From contig MU053557.1 of assembly GCA_013239625.1 (NCBI GenBank), positions 3,254,123 through 3,318,122 of the forward strand: a stretch of DNA of 64,000 bases, written 5' to 3'. Source of the stretch: Lama guanicoe (Eukaryota). The notes under the pieces were generated by a model. That model ran no database searches. It was not told where the DNA came from and saw nothing but the letters and a program-made list of their open reading frames with translations. A program made the translations under genes and the position numbers. Shown here piece after piece: positions 62,427 through 64,000 of the stretch (within the stretch, counting starts at the first letter, position 1; the number at the start of each line of letters is the position of its first letter).

Positions 62427-64000
62427 AGATCGTACAAATCTGAAAATGCTTAGTACAAAATTCGTATTTACAGTTGTGTGGAATAGCGATATGTGCGTAT
62501 AGTTATACAGAAGTATAGCTGAATTGGTATCAGATCATCAAGGAAAAGCTAGTTAAGAGGAGAAGCAACCGCTCTTATTTCATGTCCCCTAGTCCCCTTT
62601 CCACTGCTATCAAAATAGCACAGAATGTTCATGACATGGCTTCTTGTGCTTCAAGAAGACCCAGGAAATGAAGTTAGAAAGATGAATGGATTCATTTTTG
62701 CCTTTTCAAAGTCTTCAACAAAAAAGGATCTATAACTCAAATGAGATCGGATCCCCCAGCAGTCTTGCTCACTCATCAGCAGCTGGAAGGTTGATTCATT
62801 TCTTTTACAAATACACTAGCATCTCAAATACATTTCCCCAATCCACTTTCCCCATGTCTGTTCTTTTTCTATGTTGTCTGCCTAGGTGCCAGACATGTTC
62901 TTTCTCTTTCCCAAGGCTCCTTTTCCAAGGACTCCCCCTCCTGCTGGCTTCAACTTCTTTTCCCTCCAGTATCTTCCCCTCTGGACCCCCTCACATCCCT
63001 TTCCTTAGGAATTCTTGGCTTTCTAGTTTGTATCTTCATATGCATTTCTAGGAGTCTGGTAGGACCTTATATTTTTCTTACATAATCATTATTATATTAA
63101 TTTTTTAAATTGGCATTCAAAAACAGGGTATAGAATTAGATTTTTGTACCTCTTTTCAGCTGAGGTACTTGCCAGCTATATCATCTTGTAATCCTTTATA
63201 ATAACTTTTTCAACAAGGACAGACCCTTAATCACTCATTGTGGCTTCCCTTGCAAAGCTAGGAGCAGAGGAACAATGGCTGCCCCACCTTCACTGGGAGC
63301 CCCTTGAAGGGTTGTTGGTCTAGTTCCGTGGGGGGGGGGTTGTGGGGGTAGATACCAGGCTGAGTCAGTCGGGTACCTGCCTGTGTCTCAGGAAGTTCTT
63401 TGTATAAAAACTGACAGAGCAGATTCTGAAGTGCTGTTTGATTCTGGACTCCAGTGATTAAGCCCTGAAGGCCTCATACTGAGATCAAAAATTGGGGGAT
63501 TCCATTATTTTGAAGTACCACCCTGGGTGGGCTTAGCCTGGGGATAGTTGTAAGTTAGGCAAAGAAAAAGATAAACTAAAATTGTTTAATTAATTGACCA
63601 AATCAGGCCAAGGTAAAATTTCCTAGCCTTACGTGTCCAGATATTTTAGGAGCAAATGGTGTCCTCTATTTGAGTTTTTCAGGTTGTTATGTCTAATTCA
63701 CTCCATTGCTGTTTTCTTGTTTATTCCCGTGGAGCCTAACACACTCCCCAGCTTTTTAGTGTAAGGGTTGCAAATCTTTCTCTGCAAACCCACAGCAGTG
63801 GGGGAGGGGCAGAGGATGGCTGGTTTCTTTGTTGTGACCTGGTGATTTTTTTCCCCCTCTGATTCCTGATTTTACATAATTTTTTGTATGTGCATGTGTG
63901 TGTGTTGGGGGTGAGGGTGCAGGGTTCACTTAAATACACATGAGATCCCTAAAATCCTTTTTTTTTTTAATAATTTGTGTATGTTTCTGATAGAAATAGA

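Noticed and set aside
60600..64000. 3' exons of the neighbouring gene (JAKMIP2 in human synteny)
   Set aside because: I recognise no coiled-coil coding exon or clear terminal exon here; the gene probably lies beyond the window.

Overview
Mammalian genomic DNA, most likely from a camelid (alpaca, llama or camel), judged from two tRNA-Ala-derived SINEs of the Vic-1 type and young cetartiodactyl-type L1 3' ends. The only protein-coding feature I can support is the first coding exon of the long isoform of DPYSL3 (CRMP4/TUC-4b) on the minus strand (CDS 7309-7689, 127 codons, phase-0 GT donor). It lies in a CpG island with a microsatellite-rich promoter. Positions 1-7308 are intron 1. Roughly 8-64 kb is upstream intergenic DNA dominated by interspersed repeats (L1, L2, CR1/L3, MIR, MaLR/ERVL/ERV1 LTRs, hAT MERs), with several repeat-poor, motif-rich candidate regulatory blocks. 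I do not see a convincing wholly new biological system. The best leads are: (1) a young polyadenylated, TSD-flanked ~150-bp LTR-like retrocopy at 23.2 kb; (2) a splice-site-bounded 495-nt exon-like segment with a long open frame just downstream of a co-oriented MaLR LTR at 18.8-20.0 kb; (3) a twin-primed, 5'-inverted L1 with a perfect TSD at 12.6-13.9 kb; (4) a Z-DNA-prone promoter cluster; (5) a TATA/RFX/SOX block near 55 kb. Repeat family names come from my recognition of consensus motifs, not a database search, and most repeat boundaries are approximate.
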